From: an uncultured Verrucomicrobiae bacterium
GTDB lineage: Bacteria; Verrucomicrobiota; Verrucomicrobiia; Limisphaerales; Palsa-1400
DNA length: 64,000 nt
Reading direction: 5' to 3'
Assembly (NCBI GenBank): GCA_963764165.1
Contig: CAVXRD010000001.1
Coordinates: 1-64,000, forward strand
Shown here: one piece after another, positions 42,582-52,569 of the stretch
How the letters are laid out: the number at the start of each line of letters is the position of its first letter
Position numbering within the stretch: position 1 is the stretch's first letter
Translations under genes and position numbers: made by a program
Notes under the pieces: generated by a model
Seen by the model: the letters and a program-made list of their open reading frames with translations, nothing else
Databases searched by the model: none
Told to the model about the DNA's origin: nothing

Positions 42582-44199
42582 GCCCGAGTTCGATTCCCTG
42601 AGGAAGCTTCTCTTGGAAATCGCACCGGAACGCTCGGCGGAGCGCCTGCTCCGCAAGGTGGTTCAATGCCTTGCCAACCGCCCCCACGCCGTCATGGCCA
42701 GAATCTGGCTGATCGATAATGGCGACCTCTGCGGCGACTGTTTCACCCACCCGGAATGCACCGATCAAACCCGCTGCCTTCATTTGGTGGCCAGCGCGGA
42801 ATCCGCCACTTCAGGCCTGGAAAGCAACGGCAACTCCAACGAGGAATTGAAACGCATTCCCATTGCCTCGGGCGTGATAGGGCGCATTGCGAAGACAGGA
42901 AAGGCGGCGATCAGCAGTGACACATCGCATGACCTGAGCGGCATTGGCGGGCCGGAATCCGAGAAACGCGCGGAAATCAAAGGCTTTAACGGCCAGCCCA
43001 TTATTTTTCGCGATGAAGTGCTCGGCGTTCTCGCCCAATACAATCGCATCCCCCCTCCGGAACTGACAACCGAATGGCTCCGCATTTTCGCGGATCACAT
43101 CGGCGCCGCGATTGTCAATACTCGGGCCTTCGAAGAAATCGAACGGCTCAAATCGCAACTGGAATTGGAGAACACGCTTTTGCAAGAGGAGGTGCGCGAG
43201 GCCAAAGCCTTCGGCGAAATGATTGGCGAAAGCGCTGCGCTAAAAAAGACAATGCGCCAAATCGAAATGGTTGCCCCGACCGATGCGACAGTTCTTATCC
43301 TGGGCGAATCCGGCACGGGCAAGGAATTGGTGGCTCGGGAAATTCACCAACGCAGCCGCCGCCGCGAGCGTCCGCTCATACGCGTCAACTGCGCTTCCAT
43401 TCCGCGCGAACTCTACGAGAGCGAATTTTTTGGCCATGTGAAAGGCGCATTTACTGGCGCGGTGAAGGATCGCGCGGGCCGTTTCGAGGCAGCGCAGGGT
43501 GGGACGCTTCTGCTGGATGAAGTCGGCGAAATTCCGATTGAATTGCAAAGCAAGCTTCTGCGCGTTTTGCAGGAGGGGCAATATGAGAGGGTCGGCGACG
43601 AGCGCACGCGGACGGTGGATGTCCGGATTATTGCCGCGACCAATCGCGATTTGCCGCGCGAAGTGGAGATGGGCCATTTTCGCCAGGATCTTTATTATCG
43701 GCTCAACGTTTTCCCCATCAAAGTTGCGCCGCTGCGCGAGCGGGTGGAGGACATTCCGCTGCTGGCGGCGGCGTTTTTGGAAAAGGCGGCGCGAAAATTA
43801 AATGTGCCGGCCGCGCGGCTCACGCAGGCGCATCTGGCCCAATTCCAAAATTATCACTGGCCGGGAAATGTCCGCGAATTGCAGAACACCATCGAGCGTG
43901 CATTGATCCTGGCGCAGCACGGAACACTTTGGTTTGAGTTGCCCACCGGCGGCTCCGCGGATTCCTCGCAGCCCGCCGCTCAAGCAAATCCGCCACCGTG
44001 TGGTTCCGATGCGCCCATTCTGAGTGATTTGGAATTTCGCCAGAAGGAGCGCGAGAATATTCTGGCCGCGCTGAACAAGACAAAATGGAAAATCCATGGG
44101 GCAGGGGGCGCGGCGGAATTGCTCGGGTTGAAACCGAGCACATTAATTTCCCGAATCAAAAGTCTTTCGCTGCAACGGCCTGAACGGCCGGCGTCGTAG
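42559..44199 (+). CDS. Sigma54-dependent activator (GAF + AAA+ + HTH; FhlA/NifA-like)
   Basis: [51 protein letters not shown]. Confidence 0.95.
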   Translation: MELPRDYKPEFDSLRKLLLEIAPERSAERLLRKVVQCLANRPHAVMARIWLIDNGDLCGDCFTHPECTDQTRCLHLVASAESATSGLESNGNSNEELKRIPIASGVIGRIAKTGKAAISSDTSHDLSGIGGPESEKRAEIKGFNGQPIIFRDEVLGVLAQYNRIPPPELTTEWLRIFADHIGAAIVNTRAFEEIERLKSQLELENTLLQEEVREAKAFGEMIGESAALKKTMRQIEMVAPTDATVLILGESGTGKELVAREIHQRSRRRERPLIRVNCASIPRELYESEFFGHVKGAFTGAVKDRAGRFEAAQGGTLLLDEVGEIPIELQSKLLRVLQEGQYERVGDERTRTVDVRIIAATNRDLPREVEMGHFRQDLYYRLNVFPIKVAPLRERVEDIPLLAAAFLEKAARKLNVPAARLTQAHLAQFQNYHWPGNVRELQNTIERALILAQHGTLWFELPTGGSADSSQPAAQANPPPCGSDAPILSDLEFRQKERENILAALNKTKWKIHGAGGAAELLGLKPSTLISRIKSLSLQRPERPAS

Positions 44200-44203
44200 T
44201 CCA

Positions 44204-44755
44204 TTAAGTCGCCGACGCGGCCAGCGCCCGCGGCACTGCAATATCCGCTTCGGTGTTGGAAATGATATTGACGTAGTTTTTGAAAATATTCTCCGCGATG
44301 TTCGCGACAATCTCGATTGTTTCCGACCCCGAAAATCCAGCCTGCCGGATGAGAGACAGATCCTTCTCGCTTATGTCGCCCCGCTGAAGGACAACGGACT
44401 GCACGAATCGCAGCATCGCGTTTTCGCGCGGATCCTCGGATGCCGCCATGCGGGCGAGGCGAATATCCTCCTCCGTCAATGCGGCTTCCCTGGCGGTGCG
44501 CGTGTGCGAAATCAAGCTGTAATTGCATCCGTTGATTTCAGCCACTGCGAGGGCGATCTGCTGGCGTTCGCGTGAAGTGAGCTCGCCGCGGGCCAGCGAA
44601 TATTCCATCCCGGCGAAAGCCCGGGTCGCGGCCAATGATTTCGCCAGCAACCGCAAAAAATTCGGAATCGCCTCCGGGCCTGAATGAATCTTGGAAAGTG
44701 AAGCCCGAACTTCCGAGGTCAGGCGGTGCGGTTCTACAGGATTAAGTCGTGTCAT
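44204..44755 (-). CDS. AhpD/carboxymuconolactone decarboxylase family protein
   Basis: LTSRERQQIALAVAEINGCNYSLISH; ATGA overlap with the TPR gene. Confidence 0.85.
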   Translation of the reverse strand: MTRLNPVEPHRLTSEVRASLSKIHSGPEAIPNFLRLLAKSLAATRAFAGMEYSLARGELTSRERQQIALAVAEINGCNYSLISHTRTAREAALTEEDIRLARMAASEDPRENAMLRFVQSVVLQRGDISEKDLSLIRQAGFSGSETIEIVANIAENIFKNYVNIISNTEADIAVPRALAASAT

Positions 44756-45837
44756 GGGAAGTGCGTGATGAATGGAATATCGCTGGTGGCGGCCCGCTTG
44801 CGCCACTGGTAGTCCAATTGTTTGTCTAGAATTTTTTCCCGAAGGGCGGCCGACTCCGGAGATTTATCGTCAATGCCATTGAGTTCCGCGGCAAATTTTT
44901 TGGCCGTGACGCCTTCAATGGCTGCTTCTATGTGCTGGTTTTTGCCACCGAAAGCGCTGAGGGCGCGCTGGTAATAGCCAAGCGACTTGTCAAACATACC
45001 CTTGGTGGCATAAGCGGCACCCAGCGTGGTTAGAAATTTTACATTGTTCGGCCCATGCGCCAGCAAAGCCTCGAAGCGTTTGATGATGGCGTCCTCGCCA
45101 TTGCCGGCGGGGGCCGGCTTGGTTTCCTTTTTTGCTGGAGGCGGAGGCATCGCAGTCCCCGTGACTGAAATCGCCTGGGGTTCAGGCTGGGCTGGCGCCT
45201 CGGCGATCGCAATCGTTGCGGCCATTTTCTGAAAAGCACGCTGCACCGCGCCGTCATTTGGGTGTTCCTTTAAGAGCTGACCATAAATCATCGCAGCCTT
45301 TGAAGTGTCGCCGTTCTTGGCAAGAGCCTCAGCCAATTCCAATTTGTAGGCGCAATGTTCAGGATGCTCGCCCGCGAGAACTTCCAATGATAGCGCTGCC
45401 GTGCGCGGCAGGTTCAATCTCATGGCGCATCCGGCCAGTTTTTCGTGGGCCAGTTTATTCGCCGGGTCCTGGTCGAGGATGCGTTCCGCCGCCGCGATGG
45501 ATTTCAGCGGCTGAAAATGGGAAATCACCTGTAGCTTGGTCAGCGCCGGCGACAACCGAATGTTGCGCAACGTGGAATTCCACCTTCCCTTGCATGAGCG
45601 CCCCGCGCTGGCCTGTGCCCGCCGCAGCGCGCGGCGGCATTCGACGAACCCGGGTTCGATGTCGAGCGCGGTAAGGAAGGAAGCCATCGCCGACGATAGC
45701 TCGTTTTGCAGAAGGGCCGTTTCGCCGCAACGATAAAGCTCAAGGCAGGCAGCAGGGATTTGTTCCGCGGTCTTCTCCCGTACCGATTCTTGACCGCCAG
45801 TCTCGGACGGTTGGGCGTCCCGTCGTTGGTTAATCAT
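44752..45837 (-). CDS. Tetratricopeptide-repeat protein
   Basis: Helical repeats (ALDIEPGFVECR, LGAAYATKGMFDKSLGYYQRAL); start uncertain (45837-45927). Confidence 0.75.
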   Translation of the reverse strand: MINQRRDAQPSETGGQESVREKTAEQIPAACLELYRCGETALLQNELSSAMASFLTALDIEPGFVECRRALRRAQASAGRSCKGRWNSTLRNIRLSPALTKLQVISHFQPLKSIAAAERILDQDPANKLAHEKLAGCAMRLNLPRTAALSLEVLAGEHPEHCAYKLELAEALAKNGDTSKAAMIYGQLLKEHPNDGAVQRAFQKMAATIAIAEAPAQPEPQAISVTGTAMPPPPAKKETKPAPAGNGEDAIIKRFEALLAHGPNNVKFLTTLGAAYATKGMFDKSLGYYQRALSAFGGKNQHIEAAIEGVTAKKFAAELNGIDDKSPESAALREKILDKQLDYQWRKRAATSDIPFITHFP

Positions 45838-45851
45838 ATTAACTTCCAGCA

Positions 45852-45866
45852 TCAATAACCGTGCCA
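45852..45866 (-). promoter_or_regulatory. Candidate sigma54 (-24/-12) promoter for the TPR-ahpD genes
   Basis: Minus strand reads TGGCACGGTTATTGA; consensus TGGCACGN4TTGC with a mismatch at -12. Confidence 0.4.
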
Positions 45867-46137
45867 AGGTTCTTGGCGGTGGAATTTGGCAGAAGCCTCG
45901 CTCCGTGCAAAAATCACGGACGGGCAAGCTCCTGCCGAGCCCTTTTCATAGGGGAATGGGTCAGCATGCCCCTCGCCCTGCCAGCCTCAATTCTTGGTGA
46001 ACGCCGGTCCCGATTGGCCCGGGAAAACTTTAAATTTTCCAACTGAAGCATCGAATTCTCGCCAATCTCCAGCGAATTCTCGTGATTCCAGTGACATGCG
46101 CCTGCGGAACTTCTCCTTGATGCCTCACAGCGTCCGT

Positions 46138-46152
46138 TGGCACGTCTCATGC
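46138..46152 (+). promoter_or_regulatory. Candidate sigma54 promoter for the PRC-barrel/USP genes
   Basis: TGGCACGTCTCATGC, GG-N10-GC, 28 nt upstream of ATG 46181. Confidence 0.65.
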
Positions 46153-46180
46153 CCACAATGGAAGGTGAGAGGAACCAATT

Positions 46181-46930
46181 ATGTTACACAGCATCAAAGC
46201 ACTTTACGGAAAGAGGCTCGCGGCGACGGATGACAAGGTTGGATACGTCGAGGACTGTTACTTCGACGAAACAAACTGGGTTGCCCGCTACATCGTGGCG
46301 GACACGGATTGGCGGAGTTATCCACGCCGTCTGCTTCTGTCGCCTCACGCTCTGGGGCCAGTTGCCGACCGCGGCAAAGCGCTGCCGGTAAATCTTACCC
46401 GCGAACAAATCGAAAAAGGCCCCACACTTGACTGGCTTGGATTGGTCACGCGCGATTTCGAGCTCAAGTATTACAGTTACTACGGCTGGCCGGTTTATTG
46501 GGCGGGCGGCTCGCTCTGGGGGCCAACAGATGTTCCGCCGCAAAAGGTCGCGCAGCCCGGCGAGCCAGCATGCGCGGCGTCTTCCGGCAAATTCAATTCC
46601 GGGCCAAAATTCGAGCCACCGCGGACGCTGCTGCGAAGCGCGCGGGCGATTTTTGGATTCCACGTTTTTTCCAACGGCCAGCGCGATGGCCGCCTGTCGG
46701 ATCTTTTGTTTGACGAGAAAAACTGGCACGTGGCCTATCTGGTTTTGGATACAGGCCGCTGGCTGGCACACAAGGAAGTTCTGATCTCCACGCGCAAAAT
46801 TGAGTCCATCGACTGGAATCAGTTCCGGGTCAACGTCGCGCCCGAAAAATCCGAAATTGACCGCGTTGTCGCGCGGCCTGTTCTCCACGGAAAAGCGGCG
46901 CCCTTTCAGCCGACGCTGAGGCACGCGTAA
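46181..46930 (+). CDS. Tandem PRC-barrel domain protein
   Basis: Two units: G.V.DCYFDETNWVARYIVADT and G.LSDLLFDEKNWHVAYLVLDTG. Confidence 0.88.
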   Translation: MLHSIKALYGKRLAATDDKVGYVEDCYFDETNWVARYIVADTDWRSYPRRLLLSPHALGPVADRGKALPVNLTREQIEKGPTLDWLGLVTRDFELKYYSYYGWPVYWAGGSLWGPTDVPPQKVAQPGEPACAASSGKFNSGPKFEPPRTLLRSARAIFGFHVFSNGQRDGRLSDLLFDEKNWHVAYLVLDTGRWLAHKEVLISTRKIESIDWNQFRVNVAPEKSEIDRVVARPVLHGKAAPFQPTLRHA

Positions 46931-46953
46931 CGTCAATAACAAATTCAGAATTT

Positions 46954-47457
46954 ATGAACTCAATCACTGGTGAGAATTCCTCCGCGCTGGAAGCGGTTCC
47001 TGACCGCCTCCAATTTCACACGGTTTTGGCTCCTGTTGATTTTTCGGACGCGTCGGTGCGCGCCTTCCGGTATGCGGCGCGGATTGCGGAAAAGTACGGG
47101 GCGAGAATCATTGCGCTGCATGTGGTGGAGAATTCGCTTGGCTACTATGGTTTTGACGCCACGGTAGGCGACGCCCTGGTCAGCGAAGCGCAGCAGCGGC
47201 TCGACAAAATCTGCCGCGAGGCGAAAGTGCATCCCGAGTGCGTTGAAACGATCGTCCGGCTTCCAGTGGATTCGGTGGCGAAAGAAATCGTGCTGGCTGC
47301 GCGGGACCTCGCCGCCGATTTGATCGTGATGCCTGCGAATCAGCACGCAGGCTTCGCCTTTGGACTAATCCCGAACACGGCTGACAGGATTGGCCACCAT
47401 GCGCCGTGTCCGGTGTTGTTTGTGCCGCCTCCGATTCCGGCGGGCGGCAAAGTGTAA
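46954..47457 (+). CDS. Universal stress protein
   Basis: VLAPVDFSDAS, IIALHVVE, ADLIVM, HAPCPVLFV. Confidence 0.92.
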   Translation: MNSITGENSSALEAVPDRLQFHTVLAPVDFSDASVRAFRYAARIAEKYGARIIALHVVENSLGYYGFDATVGDALVSEAQQRLDKICREAKVHPECVETIVRLPVDSVAKEIVLAARDLAADLIVMPANQHAGFAFGLIPNTADRIGHHAPCPVLFVPPPIPAGGKV

Positions 47458-47471
47458 ACTCTTCAAGAATC

Positions 47472-47816
47472 TTAAGCGCGATGCGCGATGCAATCCGCTT
47501 CGTCTCGCTTAAACACCTTTTCCTCCTCGGGCAGGTAAAGGTAGCGCCCGCAACTCTCACACATGGTAATGTCGTCCACATGCATAAGGCGGTTAATTGT
47601 GCCGATCGGGACGCGCATATAACAGCCCGTGCAGACCTGGTGCCGCACGATGGCGACGCCAGCCTTTCCGCGATTGGCGAGGCGATCATAGTGGGCCAGG
47701 AACGGCGGCGGGATTTTCTCGCGCAATTTCGCGATGGCGGTGTCGACAGCTCTGCCTTCCCCGGTTCCAAATTCGTATTCCTGAAGTTTAAGTAAATTGT
47801 TGAGAAGCTCTTTCAT
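47472..47816 (-). CDS. C4-type zinc-ribbon protein (DUF164-like, short form)
   Basis: HYDRL..G.A....CTGCYM.VP...CESCGRYLY. Confidence 0.85.
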   Translation of the reverse strand: MKELLNNLLKLQEYEFGTGEGRAVDTAIAKLREKIPPPFLAHYDRLANRGKAGVAIVRHQVCTGCYMRVPIGTINRLMHVDDITMCESCGRYLYLPEEEKVFKRDEADCIAHRA

Positions 47817-47942
47817 AGGTCGAGGGCAATAATGGGTTTCTTTCCATTGAGTCGGGATCCAGGCCAAAAAGAATCGGCGCCGTGTTCCTCCGAACTGCGG
47901 CGCCGATTGTAAATGCATAGGAATGAGCCATTCAATAGTGGA

Positions 47943-48116
47943 TCAATGCTGTTTCTTTCCTTGGCGCTTGAAACCCTTGCTGGCTGCCGGGTTGGCGGCA
48001 GCAGCGCCTGTCGGCTGGGTTTGGGCCGGCTTTTGGCTATCGCAGCAAGTGGTGGGTTTGGCAGCGCCGGCTGTCGCGGCGGCTGCGGTCGGGGTGATAT
48101 TAGTGCTTTCGCTCAT
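47943..48116 (-). CDS. Small 57-aa Ala/Thr-rich protein with a CC motif and basic tail
   Basis: MSESTNITPTAAAA..TTCCDS..KGFKRQGKKQH; downstream of a consensus sigma54 promoter. Confidence 0.5.
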   Translation of the reverse strand: MSESTNITPTAAAATAGAAKPTTCCDSQKPAQTQPTGAAAANPAASKGFKRQGKKQH

Positions 48117-48168
48117 AATCGTCGTATTTAATTGTTTTGGCCGCATTAAGCGCAGCCACAACACTCAT

Positions 48169-48184
48169 TGCAAGAGGCATGCCA
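48169..48184 (-). promoter_or_regulatory. Sigma54 promoter (near-consensus)
   Basis: Minus strand reads TGGCATGCCTCTTGCA. Confidence 0.72.
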
Positions 48185-48505
48185 GTGCGCGTGGCGGTGC
48201 GCCTTCCTTGTGCAAGCCAGTCTCCGCCAACATATTGGCTGCGTGGAGAATGGCGGGGTCTCAACCCTCGATAATTCGCTACTTGGGTTTTCTCGACGTT
48301 GAGTTGCGAATTCTCGCGTATTGCGAACAGGCCGTGAGCCGATCTCGCCTTCCAGGAGACAACGAAAATTTGCGCAAATTAGGGCGACTCGCAGAGCGGG
48401 CAGACGGGTCCTTGATTAGAAATATGGACTTGGATCTGAAGGACAAGACGATCTGGCGGATCGCGTCAGCGCGGCTGATTATGTGTAGGTCTTTATCCAA
48501 CGGAG

Positions 48506-48975
48506 GGATTCAAGCTGCCTGCGCAAGGCGAGACGCCCATCATCATGGTTGGGCCCGGCACTGGCATCGCACCGTTCCGCGCCTTTTTGGAGAAACGCCG
48601 AGCCATCTGCGCTTCCGGGAAAAACTGGCTCTTTTTCGGCGACCAGAAACGTTCCACAGGTTTTCTTTATGAAGAACAACTCATGGGCTGGCTCAAAGAT
48701 GGCCACCTCCACCGGCTCGACCTTGCGTTTTCGCGGGACCAAGTGGGAAAACTTATATTCAAAACCAAATGCTCGAAAACGCGGCCGAGCTTTGGAAGTG
48801 GCTTGAAGCAGGCGCCCATTTCTACGTTTGCAGCGATGCTTCGCGCATGGCAATAGACGTCGATGTGGCTGTGCATGAGATTCTTGAAACTGCCGGCGGC
48901 AAAAGTTCGGTCGACGCGCGTTCTTGCGTCGCCAAATTAAAATCCACCCGGCGCTATCAACGGGATATCTATTGA
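48506..48975 (+). pseudogene. cysJ: Sulfite reductase flavoprotein (CysJ-like) NADPH-binding C-terminal fragment
   Basis: FKLP..TPIIMVGPGTGIAPFRAFL, LFFGDQ, LAFSRDQ; frameshift at about 48753; then FYVCSDASRMA..RRYQRDIY; N-terminal domains absent. Confidence 0.85.
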
Positions 48976-49356
48976 GGAATTAGACGTTTCAGGATCACTC
49001 TCCCAGCCTCTTTACCCTCTGGAAAAATCTCGCTGGCTTATTTTCCGGCATAGCTACAGTTTGAAAAAGGATGACAAGAATTGTGGCCGATTCAACAATA
49101 TATATTGAGTCAGCGCCGGTTGACCTGTCCATGGTGACGAGATGAAACGAGTGATTGAAATCAGTGATCTTCTTTAAGCGAAGGAAACGCTTGATGCCAA
49201 AACCCAAGATTCACGAGACAACGAAATTCTTCGGGCGGGTTTTTCCCGGAACAACGGAGACGAAATCCCAGTCGCGTCCCCGATCTCGAAAGCCCCACAG
49301 AACCACAACTGAATTACGACTACTCGACCAACAATTTAATTCTGCACTATAGATAT

Positions 49357-49937
49357 ATGAACACATCCTACGAAACAAATTCGATCCTAGAACAAACCAA
49401 AAAAATGAAATCCCAGCCTGGCTTTGTTGCCGCGCTGGACCAAAGCGGTGGCAGCACCCCCAAAGCGCTGGCCGACTATGGAATCAAGGGGGGATCATGG
49501 TCCAATGATGGCGATATGTTCGAACTGGTGCATAATATGCGCGCGCGCACATCACGAGCCCGAACTTCACCGGTGAACGGATTCTGGGCGCGATTCTATT
49601 CGAGGGCACCATGGAAAGAGATATCGAGGGGCAGCCCACGGCGGATTATCTCTGGAACGCCAAACACATCGTTCCATTTTTGAAGGTGGACAAGGGGCTT
49701 GCAGAGGAAAAAAACGGTGCCCGTCTGATGAAACCGATGCCTGAGCTTGGAGCGCTGCTTAAAAAGGCCAAGGCCGCGCGCGTCTTCGGAACCAAGATGC
49801 GTTCCGTGATTCATCAATCCAATCCGGAAGGTGTCAAAGCCATCGTCAACCAGCAGTTCGAGGTGGCCGCGCAAATCAACGCCGCCGGCCTCGTGCCGAT
49901 AATTGAACCGGAGGTTGACATTCATTGCCCGGATAAG
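49357..49937 (+). pseudogene. fda: Class I fructose-bisphosphate aldolase, frameshifted and 3'-truncated
   Basis: [17 protein letters not shown]; 1-nt deletion at about 49550; [32 protein letters not shown], then homology is lost. Confidence 0.88.
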
Positions 49938-50315
49938 GTGGCATACGCATTCTTAATGCCATGCGCCATCGACCGGCGCGATTACAAGGTGGTATCGTGT
50001 ATAGTGGAATGACACCGGCAGCCGCGGCCACGGCAAAGAATCAGCTTTTTAATTATTCTCGGGCTTATAGTGGCGCGGTCGTGCTGGGCGGCTACCCTAT
50101 CGATTACTGCCAACGGAATTGAGACGGACGGAAGCAAGATGGGGCATTTCAACGTCAGTTTTCCAAATTTCCTTTCGGACTCGAAGGACAAGACTTACGA
50201 ACCAATCGAAAATCTCTGAACAACGGTATAGCCGTACGGCAATTGGAGATGGCGCTTCTCGAATCCGACAGGGCCGCGGACGAGAGCCAGTTTGGCAACT
50301 CGCCTTGACTTTGTT

Positions 50316-50879
50316 ATGAGTCTCAAACGAATGTGCTACAAGGCTGGTGGCTACGCTCGGCGCAATGATCCTTATCGCCGGGAGAATTCTTCCACATATC
50401 CGCGCCGCCCCGACTCGAATCAAATCCAAGCGTCCGCGCCGGACGTTTCGCCAATTGGTGGCTGCGGTGTCGCCGTCTTCATGCTTGGCGGATTGCTCGC
50501 ACTCGCGTGCCCTCCGTTGGGTGTTGTCGTCATTTTGATCGGCGGTCTTGTCGCCAGCGGCTCCGCCGTTGCATCCAACCGGCGCGAGCAATTAGGGGCG
50601 AGTGCGCCCCCATTGCCGCCCACGCCTTCCGCAATTCAGTCAGACGAAAGGAAGCAAGGGCGATTGATCTTCCTCCCACTCCCGCCGCGAGGCGGGAAGC
50701 CGGTCAAGCCAGAATACACGAAGTGTTCGTGCGGCTGCTGCGACCAGCTTTTGCAATACAATTCGGAGTGCAGCGGAATGACTGCTTCGTGTCCCGCCTG
50801 TCAACAGCAGGTCGTGTTGCCGTGTGGGATTTACGAACGAAAACGTGAGCGGTCTTCTCCATCCCCCGGTCGCCATTAG
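50316..50879 (+). CDS. Hypothetical membrane protein with a Cys-rich C-terminus
   Basis: Hydrophobic hairpin followed by CSCGCC..CPAC; no recognised family. Confidence 0.4.
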   Translation: MSLKRMCYKAGGYARRNDPYRRENSSTYPRRPDSNQIQASAPDVSPIGGCGVAVFMLGGLLALACPPLGVVVILIGGLVASGSAVASNRREQLGASAPPLPPTPSAIQSDERKQGRLIFLPLPPRGGKPVKPEYTKCSCGCCDQLLQYNSECSGMTASCPACQQQVVLPCGIYERKRERSSPSPGRH

Positions 50880-51063
50880 CGCAAAATGCTCCGACCAAAA
50901 CCCCCGCCCCCCGTCTGGACTTGCAGGGGTCAGACGGCGCTCCAATTCTGTAATCGGGAGACAATCATGGCTGGCGTTGAACGCTGTTAGCTTTTGTTGC
51001 GTTTGTTGCCACTAGACATTGCCACTACGCAGTGGGTTTGGCGTAAGTGGTTGATTGAAAGGA

Positions 51064-51089
51064 TGGTGGAGCCGAGGGGAGTCGAACCC
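51064..51089 (-). other. Displaced 3' fragment of tRNA-Ala or tmRNA (att site)
   Basis: Minus strand GGGTTCGACTCCCCTCGGCTCCACCA = T-loop, 3' acceptor strand and CCA; no 5' half of the RNA is adjacent. Confidence 0.8.
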
Positions 51090-51150
51090 ATGATGCGACG
51101 GCAACGGCGACCAAGCCGGAGTCGCGCCCAAATCGCCGACAAATTGCGCC

Positions 51151-51330
51151 GATGAAACGGGCGTTGGCGGTTACGTTCCGCTTCGGGTGCATAGCCACTA
51201 CTCGTTTCTCAATTCTACATTGTCACCCACGGCCATTGTCGAACTGGCCAAACGGCATGGCCTGTCTTCTGTCGCCCTGACGGATACCGGCAACCTGCAT
51301 GGAGCCGTAGAATTTGTAGAAGCAGCCAAT
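51151..51330 (+). pseudogene. DNA polymerase III alpha (DnaE/DnaE2) PHP-domain N-terminal fragment
   Basis: YVPLRVHSHYSFL..ALTDTGNLHGAVEF, then homology ends. Confidence 0.82.
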
Positions 51331-51413
51331 ACCTTATTACACGCGGCTATATTGCGATCAACATCAATCGGTTTCGTCCAGTTGGCCGAGGGGCTATCCA
51401 TCCTGAGTTTTCG

Positions 51414-51800
51414 GTGAGCGAACTGGAGGTTCAGCTTTCCTTGCGACGGGCAATGTCACGGTTTCGTAAAGACGAATCCGCCGCACCTGATACTGTTGAA
51501 GTGGAGGCACAATGCCATTGCGGCGTGGGCCGATTTCTCAACATCATGCCCAACGGCGACGTTTTCCCATGCCATGTGCTCACACAGCCTGAATTCTCTT
51601 GTGGCAATCTGCGTGAACAAAGCCTCGTAGAAATGTGTCGTCGTCGTGGTTTGTTGGGGACGCTCGCAGGACTAGATTTTCGCAGATTAGCTCAGACTGA
51701 TCCAGATCTTGCCGAATTGACCCGGCGCAATACCTGTATTGGTGAGGTGTACGAGCGGACACGCAAATCGCCTGCGTGGAATGAACACGTCCCTCATCCG
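51414..51800 (+). pseudogene. SPASM-domain C-terminal fragment of a radical SAM protein
   Basis: CGVGRFLNIMPNGDVFPCH..CGNLREQSL; no radical SAM core. Confidence 0.65.
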
Positions 51801-52120
51801 ACCGCGCATTGCAATTGCTCGTCGGACGAAAGTTCTTTCGGAACGGCGAGAATAAATTCGCGCGAAAGTTGAGCATCCTTGCGCCGCTCGGACTGCTCAA
51901 CCTTATTCCAAAGGGAAGCAGTGGAGACCGTCCATTCCGGGGAATTTTCGGGCCGGAGTATTACGGAAGAAATCACGCCTTTAGTGCGGCTGGAATAATC
52001 ATGGGTCTTGCCTGTCCGCTCGTCCCTGATTTTAGTGCCAGTGCGATAGGCGGCTGCGGCGACCGATGAATGTCCCTTTCCTCTGCTCACAATCTTTGCT
52101 TCCAACCGGTATATTGCCAT
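51794..52120 (-). pseudogene. MobA/MobL (MOBQ) relaxase N-terminal fragment
   Basis: MAIYRLEAKIVSRGKGHSSVAAAAYR..HDYS..LWNKVEQSERRKDAQLSREFILAVPKELS; stops before the HUH motif. Confidence 0.88.
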
Positions 52121-52327
52121 CAACTTACCAGTCGCAACCTCCTCTCACTTACGAACAGTATATCAGAAAATAAACGCCAAGTCTCGCTGAGAATGGCTCT
52201 CACAGCCACTTTCCTGTCATTCGTCCACTGGCGTCCATTACCGTCCGCCACACAAAAAGCAAGAATGCCTCAGCCTGTTTGGAGCCGCGACGGCCCGACC
52301 GAAGGGCCGGAGCGAAAAACGACGAAC

Positions 52328-52362
52328 AGCGCGGTTATACATCGCAAGCGATGTTCCGCGCT
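52328..52362. other. Candidate oriT hairpin
   Basis: ACATCGC-AA-GCGATGT inverted repeat nested in AGCGCGG/CCGCGCT, between the divergent relaxase and coupling-protein genes. Confidence 0.45.
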
Positions 52363-52569
52363 TGGAGGGGGATTCCAAAGCCATCCCCCTCCTAGTCCAC
52401 CCCCGCTTTCACGGCCTCCGCCAAGCTCCGGCAGGGGCTGCCGCCCCTCGCTCAGACCACCCCGCTGGAAGGGCGTGCCGCCCTTTCAAAATCCCTGCCA
52501 AGGGTTGCCACCCGTTGACCGGCAATAGGGGCGACGCCGCCCCTAAAACCCCAAGTTGTCACGCATAGA

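Noticed and set aside
47923..48672. 249-aa plus-strand ORF
   Set aside because: Overlaps the cysJ remnant in another frame and a promoter-supported minus-strand small ORF; no recognisable features
51064..51140. Complete tRNA gene
   Set aside because: Only the T-loop and 3' acceptor strand are present; the adjacent sequence cannot form D or anticodon arms
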